Positions 1 to 12,279 are shown, numbered from the stretch's first letter. The stretch is 24,026 nucleotides of DNA from Bugula neritina (GCA_964035545.1 CAXIUT010000187.1:1-24026); one strand, 5' to 3'. Notes: generated from the sequence alone by a model not told the origin. Program-made: numbers and translations.

Positions 1-81
1 CCCAACCCCAACCCCAACCCCAACCCCAACCCCAACCCCAACCCCAACCCCAACCCCAACCCCAACCCCAACCCCAACCCC
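1..81. repeat. Left telomere, (CCCCAA)n
   Basis: Perfect C4A2 repeats from base 1, beginning 5'-CCCAA; Tetrahymena-type telomere repeat. Confidence 0.98.
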
Positions 82-134
82 TATAATTGATAATAAAATA
101 TGAATATACCAAATTGATAAAGAGATGTAAATAA

Positions 135-1187
135 TCAGCAGATATAGTCAAACCAAGTTTAGACCGAATAGACAATAAGCCAAACTCCTACAGCTCCAAC
201 AGCAGCTATCGACATTTCAATAAACAAAATCCACATTATAAGTATATATATATCTAGTAAATAGAATATTCCAAGAATAACCAGATCCACAACTGCCAAT
301 ATCGCTATCATATACTTAATATTATTTGATTTTTGCTAGTAGTGATATATTCTAAAATTTCTAACTTTCTGAATAATATGATTGATCACTAAAATGTTAC
401 TTATTATGATCAAATCAAAAACCAATGTTATCAAAATATACTTCAAACCTACAAATAAATAACTGATGAAATTATGAAATATCTAATTGCCCAAAAAAGT
501 TAATACTATCCCTAATATGCATATTGCCATAAACATAATCTTACTCAAAAATATAAAAGCACACTATTTAGGCTCATGAACAGAGTACACATTATTAACT
601 CCACCAAAATAATCTTTCAAACAATACCAACAAAATTGATGACCACACGGACAAGTCATATGAGGGCATCCGCTCGTCTTTTAGATAGGTATATCGCATT
701 TGGGACACTTACTTGTCAAAAATATGAAATAAATATAACCCAAGAAACCTTTAATATCCCAGTTGGCTTTAGGAATCAAAAGATGATGGCATTTAGGACA
801 TTTTTAATCACTATTTCCTCTCCATTTGCACTTTTATATCGTAAAAACATAATCACAAGCTTCAGAAGGACACTTCTCAATATCAGTGGTAAAAGAAGAA
901 TATTTTTTGAATAACCACTCTTATAACTAACTTGAATGATTTTGATTTAAAGTGTTCAAAGCACGACAAATATCTATGGGATGTTGTCCGTCAAAAGGAG
1001 ATATGATTTAGTTACCTGTTTTATATGAGATTTTAGTGATTGATGCTTTGATATGTTGGTACCAACAACTATAGCAAATAACTGAAGGTTTTAGGATTTA
1101 TACTTTAGATGTATTTAGAATGAGACAACATATCTAACAGAATTATTGATTTTATTCAATAGCCTATATTTCTTTTAGCTCTTACAT
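135..1187 (-). CDS. RBR (RING-between-RING) E3 ubiquitin ligase with C-terminal transmembrane helices, ~350 aa
   Basis: With UAR=Glu the frame is open from MEELKEIEAIEENQEFCEICC to TGA at 135-137. Rcat motif [30 protein letters not shown], IBR-like KCPSEAC...KCPKC, then ~4 hydrophobic helices. An alternative ATG at 1229 would leave only 9 nt to the next gene. Confidence 0.85.
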
Positions 1188-1238
1188 TAATGAAATATCA
1201 GATTTAAGTTCGTAATAATTAAATAGCATAGGAATTCC

Positions 1239-2196
1239 ATGATAGATAGACTCTCTTAGCTAAGAACAGTACTTATCATATCATCTAGATGGCAGGACTG
1301 ATGGGCAACTCATATTCAGAATAAGAATTAGAGTTCAATCATAAAGAATAAGCTTATCAAGATGACAACTAATAAGAAATATAGTTTGGATAAAAATTTA
1401 CCTAAGAAATCAAATCAGTTAGAAGTATGATAGGCGGATTAAATTCTAATAATAAAAAGATCCAAATTATTAAGAATCAATATGCAAAGGCAATAAAATC
1501 AGCACAAGAACAACAAAATAGTCATTAGATGAATTAAATTTTAATGGAAAATGCATCATATCAAAAGAAAATAAAATAAAAATTAATCGCCATTGAAAAA
1601 TAAGTTAGTTAATCTTAAAAGAAAAAACCTGTATCAATCATTTTATCTAGAATTAACCAGAAACAAGAATGAAAAAGAATTTTTATCTTAACCTTAGCAA
1701 AGAAGTTAGCTAAATATTACTTAAACAACAAAAATTTGAATAATAGTATAAAAATACAGTCAAAGATAAAGTTACCAGACAAGTCAAACTTATCGATAGA
1801 GATCTAACTCAATAATAAGTAGATTATTATGTAAATAATCCATAAGCTGCACAAAAAATGTTATAAAAAAAACTATATGGTCCCTCTGTTCAACTAAAAA
1901 ATGCAGTTAGTGATATTCAAGATAAACTCAGAGACATTCAAAACCTCTAAGCATCAGTCAATCAATGCGTTAATCTATTCAATTAACTTTCAGCATTAGT
2001 TTTTGCCCAAGGATAGAAGATAGACAGCATCTAGGCAAATGTATCTCAATGCAAGGATTATATTGAATCAGCATAGAAGAAGTTAGTGAAAGGGAAATAA
2101 CATTTAAAATGTGGCAATAAATGTATGTGTTGTATTGTCGTAATAGCTTTGATTGTTCTAGCTATAATAGTAATCATAGTAGTAGCAACAAAATGA
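1239..2196 (+). CDS. Syntaxin (Qa-SNARE, syntaxin-1-like), ~305 aa
   Basis: N-peptide MIDRLSELRT; SNARE motif DIQDKLRDIQNLEASVNQCVNLFNELSALVFAQGEKIDSIEANV; C-terminal TM helix (CMCCIVVIALIVLAIIVIIVV), then TGA. 20-nt introns at 1269-1288 and 1631-1650. Confidence 0.93.
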
Positions 2197-2260
2197 TGTT
2201 CTATTATTTTTAATACCATTATCTAATAATTTGCAATAATTAAGTACTTTATATTTCTAG

Positions 2261-3346
2261 ATGGAGAATTAAGAAACATAAAAATGCTAAAATTGTAAAA
2301 AAGATATCCCTATATCCAAATCAGCCACTCATTTTGGCTACTGTAGAAGAAATATCATCAAATGTAGTATTTGTGGATAGTTTTATGATAAAAATTTTGT
2401 TGAATAACATCAAGAAGAATATCATTTAACTAAATCATGTTAATACTGTTCAGTTAAACTAAATAAAAATGATATTGAGAGTCATGTTGAAAATTGTAGC
2501 ATGAAACCGAAATATTGCCAATATTGTGATCTCAAAGTGCCATAAAAATAATTCGATAAACATTATAAAATATGCTAATCAAGAACAAATCGATGTTAAA
2601 TCTGTGGTTCTTCTATTATTAATAAAAATTATTAAACTCACATCTCTACATGTAATAAAAAATAAAAAATAAAAAAACCTGCATAAATCATAAACAGAGA
2701 ATTCATGTCCAATTCTTACCAAATGGAAGATAGTCTCTCATAATTTTAAAAATAAATTGAAAGAAATTTATAAAAAGATAAAGGATTCAAAAAAGATAAA
2801 CATAAAATCAATAAATAAAAATAAATAAAAAACAAACCAATGAAGATGTAAATCCCTAAAAAATAATAAAATATCAGAAGTAGCAAACCTATAGCTCCAA
2901 TAAAGAAAATTGAACCTAAGAAATAGATAAAAAATCCATAAAAACCTTCTTAGCTATTTAATCCTCATGATTTTATGCCTTCTTACTATGATGAATTCTA
3001 ATAAGAACCTTAACTCAATTATCATAATAGACGACCTTCTATGAATAATTTTATTCAATAGTCACTCTATGCTTAATAGTTGTACCCTAAAAATGTAAAT
3101 ATTGATAATGGTTTTGGTGATATCAGTGAAGAAGATCAACTTCTACAACAAACTTTATTGGAAAGCAGAAAAATAAAAACAAAATATATCAATAATAGTT
3201 TTGCTCAATAAATACCGAAAGATTTTAATAGCAAAGAAATTATGAATTCTTCTTTTTATGGAGATATTTTAGATCAATAAAAGCAAAAAGCTATTTTGGA
3301 ATAATTATAAAGAAGTAAAAAATCAGGAATGAAGAAGAAGAAATGA
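2261..3346 (+). CDS. TRAF-type zinc-finger protein (TRAFD1/XAF1-like), ~361 aa
   Basis: Repeated CxxC...H...C units (CENCKKDIPISKSATHFGYCRRN; CQYCDLKVPEKEFDKHYKICESRTNRCEIC), a Lys/Glu-rich linker and a UIM-like SEEDQLLQQTLLES; no intron needed. Confidence 0.85.
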
Positions 3347-3349
3347 GGT

Positions 3350-3350
3350 T

Positions 3351-3401
<51 letters not shown>

Positions 3402-3404
3402 TTT
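3350..3404. repeat. (TTTA)13 microsatellite
   Basis: 13 perfect TTTA units starting 3 nt after the TGA of the zinc-finger gene. Confidence 0.95.
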
Positions 3405-3464
3405 TCAATATTTATAATGATCTATGTAGTAATATTATAAAATCATTTCATAAGTTAAGTATAT

Positions 3465-5380
3465 TCACCGAAAAAACTCTAAATATTCTCGTAAAAGAAG
3501 AGAAATCCACTCTAATTCAGGGCGACACTTAGGATTAGGATGAAGACATTGCCCAATAAGTAAGCGAAGGAAAGGAAATAGACTATTTTATCCATATTCA
3601 CTCAAACCTTCAGGATTGCAAAACCATCTATCAGAAATATTTTATTCAGAAAAAACCTTTTATCTTTCTTTTTCAGAAAATATAAAATAAGGATACTTAG
3701 AAGTCAGAAGGTTATGAAGAATGACTCCAAAAGAATAAACATCGTTTTTATGATTGAAATAATTTCTTTGATAATAGTTTTAGGGAGCACTATAAGGCAT
3801 AGAAACACCAGGCTTATGGTCTAAATAAAGATAGTAGTACCTTCAAAACTTGGATGATATGACTATCCGAAATCAATGAGTTTAACTGAGAGTTTTTTAC
3901 CAATCATTATGTTATTAAGTTTGAGATCGAGATGAGTGATCTCATAATCTTTAAGATATCTAAGTCCCTGAAGAATCATAAAGGCAAAGTAAATGATAGT
4001 CTGTTGTGAAAGAGACATCTTGAATTTTTTGATATATTCTTCAAGATTATAGGTATTTGAATTTAGGCTAACATGTTCTATGATAAGATCCTGAGAGTGT
4101 TATTCAATATCAGTTGTAAACATAAAGTATTTAGGAGTAAAAATTGATAAAGCACTTTTTATTTTCCTAAGAATCTCTTTTTAGTGAAGAATTCTGCTTC
4201 TATACTAGTTATTAAAACTTATATTCTCTCTTTTCATAATAAACTTTTTTACCTTTAAAACTGCTTTATTTGAAGAAGAAAAATCTTCTTGCTTACCAAC
4301 TAAATATGAAGCAACTGGATAGTATTATAGTTCAGCAAGGTATATATTAGTAAAACCTCCAGAAGCTATCTTACTCAAATATTTTTAATTAATTTTTTTA
4401 GCCAGCTTCATATAATTAACAATAAAATTTCTCGAATTGCTCTCTAACATGGCTGAAATTTGAGGAATCTCTAATCTATTTTTTATTTCTTTTCTCTATT
4501 CTTCTACCAGAGAATAGTCAGTCTCAATATTTTTATTTTTATTTTCATAACTTAAATTTTTACTACAGTAAATTTTGATGCTTGAAAAGTCCTCTTAGAT
4601 AGGAACAACATTGTTATTTAGCAACTACAGTGATTCTTGCTATCTAAATAATTTATTACTAAGAGATTGTTCTTGACTTGTTTCCTATGCTCCTAAATTT
4701 AAAGTGATATTCATAAGTTTCGAATATTTTTGAATTTTTTTAAGTCTAGAACTTCCGTTACATATGATTAGTTCCCGATAGTACAGTTTAGAAGGAGCGT
4801 TAGAAATTTAAAGAATACTTAGAAGAGGTTAATAGATCTTGGGCATATTTTTAGCAAAGTTATTCACAAAAAATTTAAGAAGTTGAGGAAGGTTAGACAT
4901 TTGAGGATTGAGTTGATAGAAGGTTGGATTCTCAATTTTAAGGCTACCTGTATGAATTTCAATGGATAATTTATATTAGTTGAAGATGTGAGGAAAGAGT
5001 TTGTTGAAAATGGACAATATTTTAGAGGCAAATAATCTCCTTTCCTGAGAATGAATCACCATATAAGTCTGATTGGGATTCAATATTTTATAGGTTAGTT
5101 TCATTTCAAAAGATCTTTTGTCAATCGAAATCTTTAATAAAAATGAAAGGTCTTTATAGATGCGATTCAGATTGAATTAAAGTTTGATACTTTTTGAAGT
5201 CTATTCTAGATCTACAAGCTCATCATAGAGGTAGTTTATGTTTTTCAAAATAGAGGTTTTTTTTTCATCTGTTCTAATGAACTATCCTGATGTTCTAAGC
5301 TTTCTTTCATCTTGCTACCTGAAATTTGATAGGTTAGAAGAAAAAATAAGACTATCCAAACCTTAAATGAAGAAGCTCAT
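3465..5380 (-). CDS. Protein kinase (non-RD) with long N-terminal extension, ~631 aa
   Basis: IASGGFTNIY, KFIMK, ILHEKEIL, HLDLKLNN, IDFG, PYSAPE (E=TAA), DVYSFGV, CLHPNPKCRP. One 20-nt intron at 3821-3840. Confidence 0.9.
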
Positions 5381-5555
5381 TCAGCAAAATAATTATATAA
5401 AAACAATTTTATTATTTTTCAACTTGAAATTTCAAGCCCTTAAATGATAGTTTATTAAGCTTATCTTTCAAGATATTTCACTTTAAAAGTAATATCATTG
5501 ATTAAAATGGGTGCTTTAAATTCAATTCAAACAAGTTATATGTTTATTTAATATA

Positions 5556-7136
5556 TCAATAAGATCCTTTCTTTACAAAAAAACATGGTAAAGGCAAAGG
5601 TTCTTCAAGTTCAGATGTCCCCACTCGTTATTTGCTCTTCTACTAAGTCATTTTATGTTATTAATTAAAATTATTTTTTTGGACATTTCCTCTACTACTA
5701 ATTGATGTAAAATTTTGCCTTGTTTAGTATGAATATTGATATTCTTTGCATATTTTAGGAAATTGATGAATAGGTTGTTTATACATTGCTAATTTTTATT
5801 AATTCACACGAATTTTAGGTTAATAGTAATCTTAATGATTGAAATTTATTTAGTATTCAGTCTATTTGATATTTTTCCTTCTAATCTTCTTTATTCGCTA
5901 GTTATGTCTATCAAAAGATTTTTGATAAACTGAGTCTAAATGATTTTTTTATTTCTATTTAGACAGTCCAAATTTTTATTTATTTCTAATCTAAGGAATG
6001 GATTTCGATGCCTTTGATCTGGTAATCACACCATCTTTAAAGACTCCTTTTATTCTTACTCAAGTTTTTGGATAATATTCTTCTCCATATCCATTTTTTT
6101 ATCCATTTTGAAAAAGTCCCTAATAAATACAATCTTCAGTGGTTAATCTTCCTTAACCATGATATACTCCATCAAGTAGAAATCCAATAAACTTTTAATG
6201 ATTTTTTTCTAGATAAAATTTACCAGTTTTAGCTCCTTATTTAAATTATCCCTTAATTTTACTTTTTTATTTTACATGAATCTCAACACCTAAACCATGT
6301 TTCTTACCATTTTAAAACTAACCATAGTATAATTTTTATTCGTAAAAATAAAGAAAACCTTAGTATTTGCTTTCACTTTTTATTGAATGACCATAATAAA
6401 CACAATTTTTATACTTCTTTATTGAAGGAGATTTAATCACTATTTCACATTTCTAACATAAATTAACAAAAAATGTAAAAATCTAAGATGGACTTGAACC
6501 AAAATATATCTTATTCTCCATTTTTAAAAAACTTTAAACAGTCTTTTCATCCAAGTCTACTATTCTTCTTCCATCTTGTTCTCTTTCAATACAACTATTA
6601 TCTACAATATTCTGCTTTACTATACATCCTGATCTCACTTAGTTCTTCTATCTAAAACTGGATTCAAAATGCACCTGAGAAGTTGTTCCATTATACTGAG
6701 TAGAAGCGTTTTTAGTCGAAGATAGATTCCTTTCTATTCCTTTAGAATTATTTTCAGATACTAAACAAGATTGCTATAAAAGTCCTTTGTTAAGTTCTTT
6801 TATATTTTTTTGTTCTACCTATGGATTATTATCAACAAAAGTCTTTTTTTTCAATTGCCTCCTCTCTCCGCATGTCTCTTCATATTTACTATCAACTTTA
6901 CCATGAAGGATATAATTATTCATATCAATTAGTTTCTTTTCTTCAGACATAGCATCTGGATTAGCTTATTTGATATGAATTTAATCTCTTACTGTTTCTG
7001 ATTGTTAATTTTAGAAGTGTTAATTATCTGATGGCTTTTTATGATGACGAAGAGACTAGATCAATAGTCTGAACTGGCTGGTTGAATGAACTATTTTTTT
7101 CAAAGGACGAGATTATATTAACTCTTAGACTTTCAT
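5556..7136 (-). CDS. MORN-repeat protein, interrupted by one in-frame TGA at 6060-6062
   Basis: MORN units YYGEFENGKKHGLG, IKGEFKEGAKTG, FIGFLLDGVYHGEG, YEGLFQNGEKNGYG. The frame continues after the TGA with VRIKGVFKDG and 167 codons in total to TGA at 5556-5558. If the TGA terminates, the CDS is 6060-7136. Confidence 0.75.
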
Positions 7137-7190
7137 GATTAAAATTATTTTTTATAATTATAATCCATCTATCTTATTATTTCATCATAA

Positions 7191-10105
7191 ATGAATTTAA
7201 AATATTCATATCTGAAGCTTTTTTGCTTCCTTGTCCTTATCCTAGTCACATCCCACTCACAATAATGCGGGCCACAAGATTAATAGTACTATCTTACCAT
7301 GCACCCACATCTCGATGCCTTCTGGCTCAATACCGATGATGAACTAAAAAATCCTAGTTTCAGACCTGCAGGCTTCCTCTTTGCAATGAATCAAAGAAAC
7401 TCAAGAGTCATTTTCGACTCTATGCTTCAAAGCTTGCTTGAAAATCCAATTAGAAAATACATGGTTACCTAGATAGTATTTTTCAAGGATTGGTATGATG
7501 CTCTTTCCGAAGAGAAAAAAGACAAAGTAAAGTAGATAATAAAGAATGGCCAGCTATAAATAACTAACGGAGGATGGGTTTAAAATGATGAGGCAGTATG
7601 TTATGTAGACGACATAATAGATCAATATACAATAGGTCATAATTGGATGGGTTCTACTTTTGGCTAATAAATAAAAATAGCCTGGGCAACTGATAGTTTT
7701 GGCCATTCTCACTCACAAGCAGCCATAGAACATCTTCTCGGTATATAAATTCAAGCCATTTAAAGAATTGATGATAGATATATCTATAAAAGAAAAGACG
7801 GTAGTTTACTATAATTTTACTGGTCTGCAGTCAGTGATTCGAATGGAAAGAAATATGGTGGAGTTCTTAACTATATTAGACATTTTTTACATTAATATGT
7901 CGATTATAGAAGAACTTCTTCACAATCTATCGCCAATGATCACAATAGAATGACTGGAGTTATGAAAAAATTATACAGAAAAAATAAAATGTTCAGATTT
8001 ATTGGAAATGACTTCTAATAATTTATTCCACAAGAATTTAATGTTTTAGAGAAAGCTATGAAAAGTCTAAACTAAAAAAATAATAAGCAATGTAATATCT
8101 TCAAATACGGCAATCCTTCAGATTACTTCAGATGGATGAAAGATGATACAACTTCTAAAGTCCCAGTTCGTTAGAGTGATTTTCTTCCAAATTTTGATCA
8201 GGATCACTATTGGTCTGGATACTACACAACAAATCCATAGCTAAAGATAGTATGTAAAGATTTTTCAAGATTATTAAACATGTTCAGAAAGATATATATA
8301 AAACATTTAGTACGAGGAGGGGCACCAAGTGAACCAATAAGAAAATAAATACAAAAATCAGATTAATTAGTATCAGTTATGCAACATCATGATGGTATTA
8401 CTGGAACATCAAAATATCACATTGAATAACTTTTCAAAAATCGAATGAATTAAAGATCTAGATAAATACTTACTCATATAAAAAAACTTATGGGAAATAA
8501 CTATCTTTTATGCTCATTATATAATAATGGAAATAAATGCACGATTCCTAGTTCTGATGGATCAACTTTATATCTATCTATCATGCATGAAGGGTCAACT
8601 AAAGTATAAAAAATATAACTATCACTTCCTTCAAATATGCAATATTAAGTTGCATAAGATACTACTGATAGCGTTTTTTGTTCTTCAGATAATCATTGCA
8701 CTCTTGTTTTCGAAGCTACACTCCTACCAGGATAAAATATATTTACTTTGAATCCTATATCAGCAACCAACAATCAAGGCATCACTTTCGGATGGTAAAG
8801 TGTTTAAGGAAATAGATTTAGTAGTGATATATTTTCAGTTTAGATTGGAAATGGTGAAATAAAATATATACCAAAAGATGGCAACGAAATGATCCTCAAG
8901 ATAGTAAGATCCAGAAATACAGGATCATCAGTTGGGACATAAACTTGGAATAAATTTGGTGATTCAATTAAGAAAAATTAAAGACGTATTCCTGGTATTT
9001 ACATCATGTCCAATACTGGAATAATATAAGCTGTAGATGGCTCTTTTTACAAAAATCTAAAAGTAGTCCAAGGCAAAAAACACTCAAAAATATCAGTTAT
9101 GAGCTAAATAAGTAACATAGTTATCTCAATCAACAATGAATAACTTAATATAATAAACGTGGAAGCTACCTTCAAACCTCCAAGCAATCAAATGTATGAC
9201 TACTTCCTTAAAATCGATTCAAAAATATAAGCCAAAAGTACTTTCTATCATGACGTCAATGGCTACCTTGTAAGCAAAAGAACAATCGGATAAAGATTAG
9301 ACTATGAAGTACAATATCGAAATTAAGATAAAATAAACTTCAATAACTTCCCTATGTGTTCATTCGGATACATAATTGAATAAAACAAAAAAGTAATCAT
9401 ATCATAATTCAGTTCGTTGTTTTTACAGATAGAGCTCAAGGATTTACCACTTATGACAAAAGTTTATTGGTAAATATTGATAGATTGGCCAGTGATGACT
9501 ACAAAGGAGTCGGAGAAGGCTATGGTAGATCAGTCAATAACACTTTCAAATTCAAAATCGGTATAGTTGATAAAGATACCTATATATAAAGAAAATGGCA
9601 AAAATAATATGACTAGCCACTTCTAGCCACTGTCTCTAGTTCACCTATCAAAAGCAATACCATCTAATCAACAGATAATAATTATAGCATGCTCAAATAT
9701 ACAGTATTTCTGTTGAATAGTGATGAGTTTGTTCTTAGACTTTACAATCTAAAAGAAAAAGATCAAATTCAATTACCTAAATATGGCAAGAATTAGTGGA
9801 ATCTCAAAGGTCTTGGACTTGATTTAAAATATAAAGATATCAAAGAATCATTTGCAAATGGAAACCCTCTTTCTGATAGAAAAAGATGGACTGAAATAAA
9901 AGAATAAATCAATATGTTCACAGTTGCATAAAAAGATTCATCAGACTCAATAGTTATTGAACCTCTTCAAATAAGATCATTCAGGATAAACCTTAAAAAA
10001 TAAATATTAGTTCATTCTTCAAAAACTCCTTAACAATAGCTTGTAAATATCAAAATAACAGATACAAAAAGTATGAAAACACCTTTCGCAAGAAGATGTT
10101 TCTGA
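7191..10105 (+). CDS. GH38 (class II, lysosomal-type) alpha-mannosidase, ~964 aa
   Basis: Signal peptide; HPHLDAFW zinc motif; GQLEITNGGWVENDEA; WATDSFGHS nucleophile motif; YWSGYYTT; QHHDGITGT; TDRAQG; C-terminal EPLQIRSF. One 20-nt intron at 9393-9412. Confidence 0.95.
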
Positions 10106-10203
10106 TTGTTTAACACCCCTCAAACAAGTATAAATCTTTTATTATCATAATGCTTGAATTATTATCTTAATATTAATTTTATTGCAATAATACTCATCAA
10201 TAA

Positions 10204-11847
10204 TCATTCATTCTATAACTCCAAAGTATTATATCGTTTTTTATCTTCTAAATCTACCATTATACTTCCTTCGACTATTGGTTGCTCAGGTTAATTAAAT
10301 TAAGAAACTTCATGAAGTATTTATCCTTAAAACATTTCTTTCTTGAAGAAAGGAGTAGAATACATGTACTGAAGATAAATCATATAGAAATTCATCGAAA
10401 AGTAAAAAATTTAAAACTTCTGAGAAGATTAATCATAATAAGAAAGCCATCCCAATGCTATAAACAAAAAGTTAAGCAAAATAAAAAAGATATTAAAAGT
10501 CACATAGATCTTATCTCTCCAAATAACATCATTCCAAACCCTAAATATCTAAAAATACAGATAAAGAATATAGACAAAAAGAATAGAGAATAGAATCACA
10601 ATAGCTATATACAAATTTTTGAAAGCAGAATGAAATGGTATGATGGGCGACTAACTATATGAGTAATAGCTTATCTAAAAATCAAAATAAAACACTATTC
10701 CAAAATAGACCAAACTAATGGCAATATATATTAATTTTCTAGTCCAATTAAAACTATATGAATTTCCTTGAGATTGTATTTTTATTTTTTACAACATAAT
10801 TATCCAACTTATCATCAACGCAATAATGAACAAAGTAAATAGAGTAGTTGATATAAATAAGCATAGAATACTTGGCTTGAAGACATAGACAAAGTAGTAA
10901 GGATCATTAAAAAGGATAATGCAAGAAGAAAGAACCATAACTACTTTTTGTTAAAAATGAGGCACAACTAAATTTTGTTTTTTAAAATAAACTACAAAAG
11001 CTAAAGCCATAACTCCCACTAATACTCCACGAACAATCAACATAAAGATAGTATAATTTGGATTCATCAGAACAGCCTTTATATTTATTAAAATACCTCA
11101 GGAATAATCTCATATTCTTTGATATATTCTTCTTTGAGATCAAGGAAGGTAATTATTAATATAGCATCTTTTTATTTGAATTAACGATAAAATCCTAACT
11201 TTATTTCATATGCTTTTCTTGTTTTTCCATCTACTTCAACTTATTGTATTTCATATTCAGATGAATCAAATTCAAAATCATCGATTTTATTAATTATTTA
11301 TCCCTCTTCAAAAGCTGTTACGATCTAATTTTCATTTAATTTGACTTTTACCCTTTTAAGACTCATCAACTCCACTTTTAAATTCTCTTTTATTTCTTTT
11401 TAAATATATTTGTACGAATAGTTTGTTAAGTAGCTTTTTTAGGAATAAAAAGTAAATTAATTTGAGCAAATTGATTCAAAGGAGATAAATTGCGCATCAT
11501 CAGACCAATTTTAGGCGATTACATACTAAATTTTTAACAAGACAGAAGCTTATTATCAAAATAAACAGGATTCTGACAATCAGGTTCTTTCGTATTATAC
11601 AGCTAAGACTTATTAGTTTTGAAAACAAAAGCATAAGGAGCTATATTAAAATATTTCTTACTGAAGTTAGAAGTCACAAGGATGATTATCTCAAATAAAG
11701 CAAACAGAATCCAAAATATACAAACAGCTTTCTTATTAGAGTTATCTGCATTCAAGCGAGGAAGACTAACTAGTATATCTCTTACTAGACGAAGGGCAGT
11801 TCCACCTACTCATTGGATTTATGGCGATCAGATGGATATTATTCCAT
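10204..11847 (-). CDS. TMEM181/Wntless-like multi-pass membrane protein, ~520-527 aa
   Basis: N-terminal TM helix, lumenal NLSPLNQF, then NPNYTIFMLIVR, FEQKVVMVLSSCIILFNDPYY and MNFYMIYLQYMYS, matching the TMEM181 pattern as I recall it. 20-nt introns at 11766-11785, 11396-11415 and 11077-11096; possible in-frame 21-nt intron at 11641-11661. Confidence 0.8.
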
Positions 11848-12279
11848 ATTTAAAGCACTTAGTTATTAAATAAATAATGTTTTGAATGATTAAGTAGATT
11901 ATAAAATCTGGATTAAATGTTTTAAAAATATATATTAACTTCTGATAAATCTAGCTTCTGAAAAATAAAAATTGAAATTTAGATATTTTTTGTTGTCAAA
12001 TTCATAGAAAAATATATCTAAACAGATTGATATTTAGAAATTAAAAAACTATCTTTGTGTTACTGGTTTTGATTTAAGTAATACAATCGTTCATCAGTTT
12101 CTTTTTCAAATATTTTTTAGTTTTTATCCTACAAGTGACGACAAACAATTAAAAAGAGCTTCAATAGATGTTCTTCATTCTTTTTTCCTCAAAAATAACA
12201 GAAACTATAAATCTAATATTGAAGACCAACATGATAAATGCTTATTTAATTTCCATCAACAATATATCCTTTAATTAAT

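Noticed and set aside
82-134. Shared subtelomeric chromosome-breakage motif (TTGA-like words near the ends)
   Set aside because: Position and sequence are not consistent across the three ends, and the sample is too small and too AT-rich.
576-914. Listed + strand ORF of 112 aa (also 10282..10593, 11682..11873, 15272..15469, 17499..17735)
   Set aside because: These are antisense shadows of real genes on the opposite strand.
1281-1313. Apparent N-terminal extension of the RBR gene through an in-frame TGA (MSCPSVLPSR*YDKY)
   Set aside because: This stretch is the first intron and second exon of the syntaxin gene on the + strand.
5381-5555. Possible SECIS element downstream of the MORN gene to explain its in-frame UGA
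   Set aside because: An ATGA...AAA hairpin exists on the - strand but lacks the tandem G-A quartet geometry, and the UGA lies at a structural Gly position rather than a redox site.
7768-8751. Listed ORFs 7768..7953 and 8527..8751 (also 13061..13279, 13892..14077, 18611..18832)
   Set aside because: They are out-of-frame fragments inside longer genes that only appear with UAR=Glu.
12078-12097. 20-nt GT...AG candidate introns at 12078-12097 and 15768-15787
   Set aside because: Neither is needed to restore a supported frame, and both have C rather than A at -6.
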